The notes under the pieces: generated by a model
Seen by the model: only the letters and a program-made list of their open reading frames with translations
Told to the model about the DNA's origin: nothing
Database searches by the model: none
Made by a program: the position numbers and the translations under genes
Shown here: in pieces, positions 20,442 through 30,141 of the stretch
How positions within the stretch are numbered: position 1 is the stretch's first letter
Layout: each line of letters opens with the position of its first letter
From: an uncultured Bacilli bacterium
GTDB lineage: Bacteria; Bacillota_I; Bacilli_A; RF39; UBA660
Reading direction: 5' to 3'
Length of the DNA: 64,000 nucleotides
Assembly: GCA_934096985.1 (NCBI GenBank)
Contig: CAKONC010000002.1
Location: forward strand, 121,421 to 185,420

Positions 20442-21928
20442 TATTTCTTAATATTTTTCATAGTTGGGAATAAAATTACATCCCTAATTGAGTCTTGTTC
20501 AGTAAATAACATCACAAGTCTATCGATACCGTAACCTATTCCACCTGCAGGAGGCATTCCATATTCTAGTGCTTCAATAAAGTCCATATCGATATCATTT
20601 GCTTCATCATTACCAAGATCTCTTTCTTTAAGTTGACTTTCAAATCTATCAAGTTGGGTAATTGGATCATTGAGTTCAGTATAAGCATTAGCAAATTCTT
20701 TACCACCAATAAATAATTCAAATCTTTCTACAAATCTTGGATCACTAGGATTTGCTTTTGTAAGCGGACTAATTTCTACTGGATGGCCATATAAGAATGT
20801 TGGTTGAATTAATGTTTCTTCAACATACTTTTCAAAGAATAAATTTATAATGTGCCCAACAGTATGTTCATGTTCTTGAACTTCAATTTGATGCTCACTT
20901 GCAAGTCTTAAAGCATCCTCAACACTCATTTCTTTAGAAAAATCAATACCTGTTACTTCTTTAATAGAGTCAACCATACTAATTCTTTTCCATGGTCCAG
21001 TTAGATTGATATCGTAGCCGCACCAATTATACTCCATTTTACCTATTACTTTAGTAGCAATTTCTTGATACATTTTTTCAGTCATATCCATCATACCTTC
21101 AAGATCAGAATATGCAAGATATGCTTCCATTAAAGTAAATTCAGGATTATGTTTAGGATCCATTCCTTCATTTCTAAAAGTTCTACCTATTTCATAAACT
21201 GCTTCCATTCCACCTACTAATAATCTTTTTAAAGGTAACTCTAAAGCAATTCTTAAATACATATCAATATCTTGAGTATTATGATGTGTTATAAATGGTC
21301 TTGCGCTTGCTCCTGTAAGAAGTGTTTGAAGTACTGGAGTTTCAACCTCAGTAAATCCCCTATTATCCATAAAATTTTGAATGCAACGAATAATTTTTGG
21401 TCTAGTATAAGCAACTTTTCTAGCATCATCATTCATTATTAAATCAACGTATCTACGACGATATCTTTCTTCAATGTCAGTAAGTCCATGAAACTTTTCA
21501 GGAAGTGGTCTTAAAGCTTTAACTAAATGCGTATATTCAAGACATTTAATAGTTACCTCTCCAGTTCCGGTTTTCATAACTTTACCTTTTACGCCTACTA
21601 TATCACCAATATCTGCACTTTTAAATAAGTTATAAATTTCTTCCCCTACGTCATTTATTGAAATATATATTTGAATATTACCAGTTTTATCTTTTATAGA
21701 GAAAAATGATGCTTTACCCATTTTTCTTATAAACATAATTCTGCCTGCAACAGTTTCAATATCATTACGATTTTCAAATTCGTCATGAGGAATATCTGCA
21801 TATTTTTCTTTTATATCTTTTGCAAATCCACTTCTTTCAAACCTTTGACCAAATGGATCAATTCCAAGCTCATTAAGTTTTGTAAGTTTGTCTCTTCTTA
21901 CTTGTTCTTGTTCTGTAAATTCTCTCAT
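20441..21928 (-). CDS. lysS: Lysine--tRNA ligase (class II)
   Basis: 495 aa with an OB-fold N-domain and class II motifs ([17 protein letters not shown]). Confidence 0.95.
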   Translation of the reverse strand: MREFTEQEQVRRDKLTKLNELGIDPFGQRFERSGFAKDIKEKYADIPHDEFENRNDIETVAGRIMFIRKMGKASFFSIKDKTGNIQIYISINDVGEEIYNLFKSADIGDIVGVKGKVMKTGTGEVTIKCLEYTHLVKALRPLPEKFHGLTDIEERYRRRYVDLIMNDDARKVAYTRPKIIRCIQNFMDNRGFTEVETPVLQTLLTGASARPFITHHNTQDIDMYLRIALELPLKRLLVGGMEAVYEIGRTFRNEGMDPKHNPEFTLMEAYLAYSDLEGMMDMTEKMYQEIATKVIGKMEYNWCGYDINLTGPWKRISMVDSIKEVTGIDFSKEMSVEDALRLASEHQIEVQEHEHTVGHIINLFFEKYVEETLIQPTFLYGHPVEISPLTKANPSDPRFVERFELFIGGKEFANAYTELNDPITQLDRFESQLKERDLGNDEANDIDMDFIEALEYGMPPAGGIGYGIDRLVMLFTEQDSIRDVILFPTMKNIKK

Positions 21929-21956
21929 AAAATCACCACTGGGTATATTTTAACAC

Positions 21957-21990
21957 AAAAAAAAATTATTAGAAAGTACTAATAATCTTT
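21957..21990 (-). terminator. Rho-independent terminator of the sortase-substrate gene
   Basis: On the minus strand: ATTATTAG-loop-CTAATAAT followed by TTTTTTTTT. Confidence 0.5.
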
Positions 21991-22007
21991 TTTAAGTCCT
22001 TTAATCA

Positions 22008-22568
22008 CTATATTTTATAAAGTTTAGTTTTTTTCTTAGATACTGAATAAACACCAACTCCAAGAACTAAACCAACAGCAATAATAACTATTGGTAAGCT
22101 AGCACCAGTGTTAGGGTTAGTTGTACCTTGAGATCCACCATTTGCTACAGCAATACTACAGTCTTCACTTTTACTATCTTTTGGAATAGTTACAGTAATT
22201 GTTCCAACTTGGAAATCGTTTCCTGTGTCTTCAGACCCATTTTTGTCAAATACACAAGTTATAGTTGTTTTACCATCTGAACTTTTTCCGTTATTTGTAG
22301 TAGTAGCAACAAATTCACCATAGTCTCCACATGTAGCTTCAGTAATAGCTTTACCTAGTACAAACTTTACAGTTTTTTTAGTAACCTTATGATTTTCAGT
22401 GTTGTTTTCTAAAATTACTCTAACCTTGTATGTTCTTTGCTGATCACCATTATCAAGTGTTTTGGTAGTGTAATCTGCTGGAACATCAACTTTTTCCACT
22501 ACAGCATTAACTATTAATGGCAAGCAAAACGCACCTAAAACTAGTAAATAACTAAAAAACTTTTTCAT
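22008..22568 (-). CDS. Cell-wall-anchored surface protein with an NPNTG (SrtB-type) sorting signal
   Basis: Signal peptide MKKFFSYLLVLGAFCLPLIVNA. The C-terminus carries NPNTG, a hydrophobic stretch (ASLPIVIIAVGLVLGVGVYSV) and a basic tail (SKKKTK). Confidence 0.7.
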   Translation of the reverse strand: MKKFFSYLLVLGAFCLPLIVNAVVEKVDVPADYTTKTLDNGDQQRTYKVRVILENNTENHKVTKKTVKFVLGKAITEATCGDYGEFVATTTNNGKSSDGKTTITCVFDKNGSEDTGNDFQVGTITVTIPKDSKSEDCSIAVANGGSQGTTNPNTGASLPIVIIAVGLVLGVGVYSVSKKKTKLYKI

Positions 22569-22696
22569 CCATCAACTCTCCTATCTTTATTATGACCTAA
22601 TTATATCATAAAATTCAAAAAAACAATATATTTTTAAAAAATTTATATTAAAAAATGTCAACTTGTGCTATCATATTAAATATAAGGTGGATAAAA

Positions 22697-24250
22697 GTGA
22701 AGATACTAATAAAAATTAAAAACGATAGATTATGTTTTATTAACAGAAAAAAACTTAATATAGAATACAAAAATATGCTTAATACAAATGTAATAAGTAA
22801 TAATGAGCTTGTATTTAGTGATGAATATATTTTATTAAATCAAAAAATAGTTTGTACATTTTTAAATGAACTTATAAAAACTTATTCTATAACAACTTTA
22901 TCTTTTCAAAATATTGAAGTTTTAAATATTATTCTTCCACTTATAAATAAATTTAAAAATATTAATTCTATATATGTAGAATCCGAAGAATTAATAACTT
23001 ATAAACTTTGTGAAAAGTTAAAAAAAATAAATAATTTAAAGTATATAAGTTTTGAATATATCCCAGTTTACATGTTTGAACTACTTGATAAATATGGTAT
23101 TATCCCAGAATCAAGAAGTGAAATATTATTTACATCAAACTTTATGCAAACTAATAATTTAAAAACATATTCTCAGTTATTTTATAAAAATAATATTTAT
23201 TTACAGTTTCCTTTATCAAATGAAGATATTCAAGACTTTAATGCATTCTGTGATATTAATAGGCATCTTAAAATAATTCATATTAATAAAATTAATAAAG
23301 TAAATTTAGAACAAATAATTTATATTTTAAAGGAAAATAATCAAAAAAATATCAAAATAATTTTACATGGTGATGAACATGATGAAAATGTAATTGAGTA
23401 CTTAAGAAAAAATAATAAAATAATTAAGAAAAAATACAAAATTTCATTTAAACTAAAATACTCAGATAAGTATATCGAAGATAATATTTTTAAAGAAACC
23501 AATAATGGAATTTTAAGAATGTGTGGTCTTTTAATATTACTTATCGTAGCATTTTCATTTATCTATGTTTTTTATGATAACTATAATTCAATGATGAAAG
23601 TAAGTAAAATTCAAAAAGAAGTTACTAAATATATCGAAGAAAAAGAAGTTAAAGAAGAAATTAAAACTGTAAAAACATTAAATGGTATAGAAATTAAAAA
23701 TAACTATATTTACTCACTTACAGAAATTAATCCTGATGTCGTTGGCTGGTTAAAAGTAAATAATACAAACATAGATTATGCTATTACTCAAACACTTGAT
23801 AATGATTATTATTTAAATTATAACTTATATAAGAAAAAAGATAATAATGGTTGGCTATTTATGGATTATGAAAATAATATAACCCACACTGATGATAACA
23901 TAATAATTTATGGTCATAATAGATACTTAAATGGTGTTATGTTTGGAACTCTTAACAAAACGCTTTATAAAGATTGGTATACAAATAAAGAAAATCAAAT
24001 CATAAGACTAGACACTTTATATAATTCATATAAATATCAAGTGTTTTCAATTTATATCGTACCTACTACAAATGATTATTTAACAGTTAATTTTGATGAT
24101 ACTAAATTAAAGATGGAATTTTTAGATACAATAAAAAATCGTAGCATTTACGATTTTAACGTCACTCTTGATGAAAATAGTAAGATACTTACACTTTCTA
24201 CTTGTCAAAGTGAAACAACTAGACTTGTTCTTCATGCAGTACTTGTTTAA
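22697..24250 (+). CDS. srtB: Class B sortase with a long N-terminal cytoplasmic extension
   Basis: C-terminal domain: NPDVVGWLKV, IIIYGHN (His), LTLSTC (Cys), TTRLVLHA (Arg). One TM segment (LRMCGLLILLIVAFSFIYVFY) precedes it. About 280 aa of unrecognised, Leu/Ile/Asn-rich repeat-like sequence lies upstream. The GTG at 22697 behind AAGGTGG is preferred over the track start at 22655. Confidence 0.8.
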   Translation: MKILIKIKNDRLCFINRKKLNIEYKNMLNTNVISNNELVFSDEYILLNQKIVCTFLNELIKTYSITTLSFQNIEVLNIILPLINKFKNINSIYVESEELITYKLCEKLKKINNLKYISFEYIPVYMFELLDKYGIIPESRSEILFTSNFMQTNNLKTYSQLFYKNNIYLQFPLSNEDIQDFNAFCDINRHLKIIHINKINKVNLEQIIYILKENNQKNIKIILHGDEHDENVIEYLRKNNKIIKKKYKISFKLKYSDKYIEDNIFKETNNGILRMCGLLILLIVAFSFIYVFYDNYNSMMKVSKIQKEVTKYIEEKEVKEEIKTVKTLNGIEIKNNYIYSLTEINPDVVGWLKVNNTNIDYAITQTLDNDYYLNYNLYKKKDNNGWLFMDYENNITHTDDNIIIYGHNRYLNGVMFGTLNKTLYKDWYTNKENQIIRLDTLYNSYKYQVFSIYIVPTTNDYLTVNFDDTKLKMEFLDTIKNRSIYDFNVTLDENSKILTLSTCQSETTRLVLHAVLV

Positions 24251-25307
24251 TAATTTTATTGTTATTTAATATTCTTTCATTACTTGATAAAGATATTGCT
24301 ATATTACTATATTTTAAAGCAATATCTTTTTTATTTAAATAAAAAAGTATTACAGCATATAAGTCATATATTTCTCCATTCCAAGCAAATGGTTCATTTA
24401 TATAACTTTTACTTTTTTCTTTAATTAAGAAAGCCTTGTTAAGAAGCTCAAGAGCTTTTTCATATTCCTTATCATTATAATATAGACTTGCAAGTTCCAC
24501 ATAAGCCTCCCTTAAATATGGAGATTCATTAATTGCCCTGTTAAACCAAAATATAGCCTCTTCTTTATAGCCAACTTTCTGATAACACCTTGCCATAAAT
24601 CTCATTGATGCACTTCTTTCATCTTTCCAAACACTATTCTTACAATTTAAGTGTCTATGAAACGTTTTAATTGCTTTCATATTTTGATTGTAATACATAT
24701 ATTCTCTTGCTAAATAATGAAGATTTCTATCATCGTCTGGAGACTCTTTAACACTTAATTTTAAAAGTGGTAAATAATTACTTCGAGATTTTAATTTATC
24801 TTGATAATGATTTAAAGTTATACCCTCAATTAATAAAATTTTTTCGTCTTTTAATGGACGCAAAACTTCATGCACTGGATGAGTCCAAACATAATCTTTT
24901 GTATGAATTTTATCTAAATAAAATGTAGTTGCAGGTTTTCCTTTTTCATCAAATGACCAATTATATAAATACTTAACCCTTGTGTAGTTCTTATTAAAAC
25001 TGTTTTCTAGTTTTTGTCTCCATCCTTTGTTAAATCGTTCATCAATATCAGTGCATACATATAAATCGTATTTTTTCTTAATCATTTTAAAAGACTCATT
25101 TCGAGCATTATCAAACCTAAATGGAATAATTTTTTTACATTTTACATGAACATTTAATGATTTTAAAATTTTCACACTACCATCAGTACTTCCTGTATCA
25201 AGAACATAAATGTCATCTGCTTCTTTCATACTTTCATACCATTTTAGGATATTTTTTTCCTCATTTTTGCAAATTGCATAAACACATATTTTTATATTAA
25301 TCACCAA
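24219..25307 (-). CDS. Family-2 glycosyltransferase fused to TPR repeats
   Basis: The N-terminus ICVYAICKNEE...LDTGSTDGS is GT-A like, and the C-terminal half has TPR-like repeats (AREYMYYNQ..., EAIFWFNRAI..., YVELASLYY). TTG/GTG start. The 3' end overlaps the sortase 3' end by 32 bp. Confidence 0.7.
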   Translation of the reverse strand: MVINIKICVYAICKNEEKNILKWYESMKEADDIYVLDTGSTDGSVKILKSLNVHVKCKKIIPFRFDNARNESFKMIKKKYDLYVCTDIDERFNKGWRQKLENSFNKNYTRVKYLYNWSFDEKGKPATTFYLDKIHTKDYVWTHPVHEVLRPLKDEKILLIEGITLNHYQDKLKSRSNYLPLLKLSVKESPDDDRNLHYLAREYMYYNQNMKAIKTFHRHLNCKNSVWKDERSASMRFMARCYQKVGYKEEAIFWFNRAINESPYLREAYVELASLYYNDKEYEKALELLNKAFLIKEKSKSYINEPFAWNGEIYDLYAVILFYLNKKDIALKYSNIAISLSSNERILNNNKIIKQVLHEEQV

Positions 25308-25360
25308 TGTATTTTATGAATTAAAAAAATTTTAGTAAATAATAATAGCCTAAATTACAT

Positions 25361-25386
25361 AAAAAAATGGCATGATAACATGCCAC
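25361..25386 (-). terminator. Rho-independent terminator
   Basis: On the minus strand: GTGGCATG-ttat-CATGCCAT followed by TTTTTTT. Confidence 0.6.
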
Positions 25387-25388
25387 TT

Positions 25389-26444
25389 CTAATCAAACTT
25401 GCAGTCAAATTTTAATTTGTTTCTATAATAATTGCTTATTTCATTATATGATGTAGGAAATGAGCTTCCATATTCTTGATCTAAAATATCATTTTGAAGT
25501 ATCTTTACTAGGGTTATAGATTTCTTTGAATAATCTATTAAAGCATAACCTTTATCATCTCCAATAGAAAGAACTCCATTTTCTATTTTGCTTATTAAAC
25601 TATTTAACTCAGCATCACTACTATAAATATAAGTGTTCATTCTAACAGATTTGTTCATATTTTCTTTGTTTGTATCAAATAAGGTCTTATCTATTACTTT
25701 TCCATCTGGACTTTGACAACTAAATTTAATTTTCGGATCATTTTCAATTACATATACAAATGACGTATAAGTTTTTTCAAAGTTATTTTCATCAGTTACT
25801 TTTATATTTATACTTTGAATTCCTAAATTATTAACAATTGCTTTTACATTTTCTTTATTTTCAAAAGCATAAGTGTATTTTTCATCGGAAGAAATAAGTC
25901 TTTCCGGATTTATTTCACTTCCTTTAGTTAAATAAACAAATTCATTTTTAATTTTAAACTCACTTTGAACATCTTCATTACCATCAGTTTTATTATCCTT
26001 TTCAACAACAGTTACTTTTGCAGTATATTTTGAAGTACTACATATAACATAGTATTGATAAACCCCTACTTTTGATGTGTCAACCTCACTCGTATTTAAC
26101 TTACAATTTGTAATATCTAAATTAGAAAAGTTTCCATAATCATTTAAGCTTGCTGATAATTTATCATTAACATTTACTGTTATATCATTTAACAAAAACG
26201 TTGGAGTTGTGTTTTGGTTATTTTTCTTTCTTGCAAGTTGCAAATAATAATAAACTCCATATGCTACACCAGCCATTAAAATTAGTATAAGTAAAATAAA
26301 TAAAATTTGTTTTATTAAACTAAGTTTTCCTTTTGAGGGTTTTTTATCATTTTTGCCCGAATCTTCTTTTTTATTTTCGGGTACAACATCAAGAGAGTCA
26401 ATAACCTCTACTAAAGTTGGATCTGTCCCAATATCATTTTTCAC
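25389..26444 (-). CDS. Hypothetical N-terminally anchored extracytoplasmic protein
   Basis: 351 aa. A charged N-terminus is followed by a TM segment (ILFILLILILMAGVAYGVYYYL) and a large beta-rich ectodomain. No family recognised. Confidence 0.5.
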   Translation of the reverse strand: MKNDIGTDPTLVEVIDSLDVVPENKKEDSGKNDKKPSKGKLSLIKQILFILLILILMAGVAYGVYYYLQLARKKNNQNTTPTFLLNDITVNVNDKLSASLNDYGNFSNLDITNCKLNTSEVDTSKVGVYQYYVICSTSKYTAKVTVVEKDNKTDGNEDVQSEFKIKNEFVYLTKGSEINPERLISSDEKYTYAFENKENVKAIVNNLGIQSINIKVTDENNFEKTYTSFVYVIENDPKIKFSCQSPDGKVIDKTLFDTNKENMNKSVRMNTYIYSSDAELNSLISKIENGVLSIGDDKGYALIDYSKKSITLVKILQNDILDQEYGSSFPTSYNEISNYYRNKLKFDCKFD

Positions 26445-26480
26445 ACTATCACCCTTTACTATAATTAAATTATATCTTTA

Positions 26481-27797
26481 TTATATATTTTTTGCAAGAT
26501 TTTTAAATTCATCCCCACGTAATTCAAATTTTGCATATTGATCCCAACTTGCAGATGCTGGAGAAAGAAGTACTACTCCACTTTCTATACTATCTTTTTT
26601 AATACATTTCATAGCTTCATTTAAAGTATAACATTTTGTACAAGGAATATTTACGCTTTGTGCATAATCATAAACCTCATCAGTAGTTTCTCCGATAGCA
26701 TATATTTTTTTGACATTTTTTATTGCCCTGTCAAGTTCATGAAAATCTTGTTTTCTTTGCATACCTCCTAAAAGAAGATATGTGTCTTCATCAAAAGCAT
26801 TAAGTGCAGTAATTGTACTTGTGGGATTCGTAGCTTTAGAATCATTATAGAATTTTAAATTTCCTTTTTGACAAACAAATTCAATTCTATGCTCTACACC
26901 TTTAAATTCTTTAAAGAAATCTTTAACAACATTTTTATCTATTTTAAATTCTTTTAAAACTAGTAACGCTGCCATTATATTTTCATAATTATGTTTTCCC
27001 TTAACTAATATATCTTTAGTATCAATTATTTTTTCACCTTTAATAAAAATTGCATTATCAGAAACGTAAGCATCTTTACCATTAAAATATTCCTTAGTAC
27101 TATTAATATCTTTTGTAAGAAGCATACTGTCAGTATTTTCTGCATTAATTATAGCAAGGTCATTTTTTGTATGATGATTAAATATATTATGTTTTACTTT
27201 CTTATAATTTTCATATGTTCCATGATAATCTAAATGTGTTTGACATAAATTTGTAAGAACACTTATATCAGTTTTAAAGTCATGAAAGTTTAATAATTGA
27301 TGATCAGATATTTCAAGTAAAAGTACATCACCATCCTTTATTAAAGGAATTACTTCACTTAAAGGATAACCTATATTTCCACCTAAAACGACGCTAATAT
27401 TTTCTCTTTTTAATAATTCATATAGCATTGTTGTTGTTGTTGTTTTACCATTTGAACCAGTAACACCAACAATTTTTATATTTTTAGGAAGAAAATGATA
27501 TGCTACTTCCATTTCATTATAAATTGGAATATTTAATTTTTCTGCCTCAATTAATAATTCATGAAATGGCATAATTCCAGGATTTTTAATTACCATATCA
27601 AAACTATCATCAAATAATTCTAATGGATTATCACTTTTTACAAATTTAACTCCCAAACTTTCAAGCTCTTTAACTTTTTCTTCATCTTGGTCATTTTTGT
27701 CTGTTATAAGAATCTCATTATTTTTACATAGTAGTTTGGCTACATTATAGCCACTTTTAGCCATTCCTAAGATAAATATTTTTTTATTTTCGAACAT
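26481..27797 (-). CDS. murD: UDP-N-acetylmuramoylalanine--D-glutamate ligase
   Basis: 438 aa. GMAKSG start, GVTGSNGKTTTT P-loop, YNDSKATN motif. Confidence 0.95.
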   Translation of the reverse strand: MFENKKIFILGMAKSGYNVAKLLCKNNEILITDKNDQDEEKVKELESLGVKFVKSDNPLELFDDSFDMVIKNPGIMPFHELLIEAEKLNIPIYNEMEVAYHFLPKNIKIVGVTGSNGKTTTTTMLYELLKRENISVVLGGNIGYPLSEVIPLIKDGDVLLLEISDHQLLNFHDFKTDISVLTNLCQTHLDYHGTYENYKKVKHNIFNHHTKNDLAIINAENTDSMLLTKDINSTKEYFNGKDAYVSDNAIFIKGEKIIDTKDILVKGKHNYENIMAALLVLKEFKIDKNVVKDFFKEFKGVEHRIEFVCQKGNLKFYNDSKATNPTSTITALNAFDEDTYLLLGGMQRKQDFHELDRAIKNVKKIYAIGETTDEVYDYAQSVNIPCTKCYTLNEAMKCIKKDSIESGVVLLSPASASWDQYAKFELRGDEFKNLAKNI

Positions 27798-27814
27798 TTT
27801 TTATACCTTCTTTT

Positions 27815-29566
27815 TTATTTAAGTACTGCTTTAATACGTCTAACGCCTGCGGAAGAACTTTCTTCTTTAACTATTTTGAATTCTCCAAGCTTACTTGTGT
27901 TTTCAACATGTGGCCCCATACAAATTTCTTTTGAGACATCTCCGATAGAGTATACCGTTACAATGTCTGGATATCTTTCAATAAACATTGCTTCAGCACC
28001 AGTTTTTACTGCTTCTTCTTTTGGCATTTCTTTAACAGTTACAGGTAAACTATCATTTATCCATTTGTTAACTAAATCCTCTGTATTTTGAATTTCTTCT
28101 GAAGTAAGTTTATGATCACAACTAAAATCAAAACGCATTCTTTCATCAGTTATATTACTACCCTTTTGATGAACATTTTCCCCAACTGTAATTTTTAATG
28201 CTGCATTAAGTAAATGCGTTGCTGTGTGATATTTAGTTTCAATTTCAGAATTTCCTGCAAGACCGCCTTTAAATTGTCCACTTGAGGCAGTCCTTGATAA
28301 ACTTTGATGCTCTTTAAATTTTTCATTAAAGCCATTTTCATCGACACTTAAGCCTTTTTCATTAGCAAGTTCTATGGTAAGCTCTATTGGAAAACCAAAT
28401 GTATCATATAAATGAAAAGCAGTTACTCCATCAATATTTTCATTATTACTTGTAATTTTTGAAAATTCTCTTAAACCTTTTTCAAGTGTTTTATTAAATT
28501 TTTCTTTTTCATTTTTTAAAACTTCATAAACTACATTTTCATTTTTAGCAAGTTCTTCATAATATTTAGAATATTTACTAATAATTAAACTTGCTATTTG
28601 TCTTTCCCAATCAGTATTTACATCAATACCTAAATTTTTAGCGTGTCTAATAGTTCTACGAATAAGTCTTCTTAAAATATATCCTTGCCCTACATTCGAA
28701 GGTTTTATACCTGCTTCATCCGCCGAAATAAATACAGATGTTCTAATATGGTCTGCAATAATACGCATTGATTTTTCATTGCCTTCATAACTTTTGCCAG
28801 ATATCTTACTTATTAAAGCAATAACATCTTTCCATATTGAAGATAAATAATTATCATTTACGCCCTCTAAGATTGCAGTTGTTCTTTCAACGCCCATTCC
28901 AGTATCAACGTTTTTCTTTGGTAGTAGTTCAACTTTTCCGTCTGCATCTTTATTATACTGCATGAATACATCATTCCATATTTCAACCCATCTTTCATCT
29001 TCAGGATCAAATTTTTCAGGAATTACATCATTACTTCTAAAATAAAACATTTCTGTATCTGGGCCACAAGGTCCAGTTTCTCCAGCAATCCAGAAATTAT
29101 CGTCCACAGTTTTAGCAATTCTTTCTTCAGGAATACCTAAAGATAACCAAAGATTATAACTTTCTTCGTCAAAGGGAATAATATCATTTCCTTCAAAAAC
29201 AGTTACTGCAAGTCTTTCTACAGGAATATTTAAAACTTTGGTTAAAAATTCAAAGCTCCAATTAATGGCATCTTTTTTAAAATAATCTCCTAAAGACCAA
29301 TTTCCTAGCATTTCAAAAAAAGTATGATGATATGTATCACCAATAACATCCAAATCATTTGTTCTAATACATTTTTGTGCATCACAAAGTCTTGTTCCAT
29401 ATGGGTGTTCTTTTCCCATTAAGTAAGGAATAAGTGGTTGCATTCCCGCAGTATTAAATAAAACTGATGGGTCGTTTTCAGGAACTACAGGAGCACTTGG
29501 AATAATTTTATGACCCTTTGATTCAAAAAATTCAAAATATAAATCTTTTAAATTAATATCTTTCAT
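27815..29566 (-). CDS. alaS: Alanine--tRNA ligase, compact 583-aa form (no C-Ala domain, minimal editing core)
   Basis: Class II AlaRS catalytic core (FNTAGMQP, HHTFFEMLGNWS, GPCGPDTE, VDTGMGVERT). It runs almost directly into an AlaX-like editing core with HTATH and CMGPH, and the protein ends there. Confidence 0.8.
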   Translation of the reverse strand: MKDINLKDLYFEFFESKGHKIIPSAPVVPENDPSVLFNTAGMQPLIPYLMGKEHPYGTRLCDAQKCIRTNDLDVIGDTYHHTFFEMLGNWSLGDYFKKDAINWSFEFLTKVLNIPVERLAVTVFEGNDIIPFDEESYNLWLSLGIPEERIAKTVDDNFWIAGETGPCGPDTEMFYFRSNDVIPEKFDPEDERWVEIWNDVFMQYNKDADGKVELLPKKNVDTGMGVERTTAILEGVNDNYLSSIWKDVIALISKISGKSYEGNEKSMRIIADHIRTSVFISADEAGIKPSNVGQGYILRRLIRRTIRHAKNLGIDVNTDWERQIASLIISKYSKYYEELAKNENVVYEVLKNEKEKFNKTLEKGLREFSKITSNNENIDGVTAFHLYDTFGFPIELTIELANEKGLSVDENGFNEKFKEHQSLSRTASSGQFKGGLAGNSEIETKYHTATHLLNAALKITVGENVHQKGSNITDERMRFDFSCDHKLTSEEIQNTEDLVNKWINDSLPVTVKEMPKEEAVKTGAEAMFIERYPDIVTVYSIGDVSKEICMGPHVENTSKLGEFKIVKEESSSAGVRRIKAVLK

Positions 29567-30090
29567 TACTTCACCTTATCAAGAATTGCAAAAACTTTTT
29601 CTTTTAATTTATCAAGTTCATCATTTGCAATTATATAATCAAAATCTTGATAATCTTCCAGTGCCGTTTCCGTTACATGTGCTTGTTGTTCAATTGAAAG
29701 TTTACTACTTCCAAATTGATTAACTACATAAAAAGAATACACATTATCAAAAGCATTTTTTATATTATCGATTTCATTTGGCATTCTTACATCACTTATT
29801 ACTAAATTTTCTACATACTTTTGATAAATAATAATATCTTTTAGCATTGCATTAACTAAAAAGTTGGGATCTTCTGCACGCATTTTATCTCCCAATTGTT
29901 GCATAAAATCACGTGGTTTTTTTATATCAGTTCCATCCCAATCAGTAAGTTCTAATGCAAAATTTTTAATATACTTACTATAACTTGTAATAGCACACTC
30001 TTCAAGTTTGTATACATAATATTCCTTTATTAATTTTGCTACTACATTTTTTCCACTACCAGCTTTTCCAGCTATTAAAAATATTCTCAT
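29566..30090 (-). CDS. P-loop NTPase, dNMP-kinase-like
   Basis: IAGKAGSGKN Walker A. The ATG at 30090 follows GGAGGAAGAA, and the track start at 30102 is a TTG inside the SD. The stop overlaps the alaS-like start by 1 nt. Confidence 0.5.
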   Translation of the reverse strand: MRIFLIAGKAGSGKNVVAKLIKEYYVYKLEECAITSYSKYIKNFALELTDWDGTDIKKPRDFMQQLGDKMRAEDPNFLVNAMLKDIIIYQKYVENLVISDVRMPNEIDNIKNAFDNVYSFYVVNQFGSSKLSIEQQAHVTETALEDYQDFDYIIANDELDKLKEKVFAILDKVK

Positions 30091-30141
30091 TTCTTCCTCC
30101 AATTAAATTATATAATATCAATTATTAATTTCTAAATCAAT

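Noticed and set aside
20372-22007. T-box, L-box or other leaders for lysS and for the alaS-like gene.
   Set aside because: The lysS upstream region is only ~79 nt and is occupied by the neighbour's terminator and a promoter. The alaS-like gene overlaps its upstream gene. No T-box motif (GGTGGTACCGCG-like) is present.
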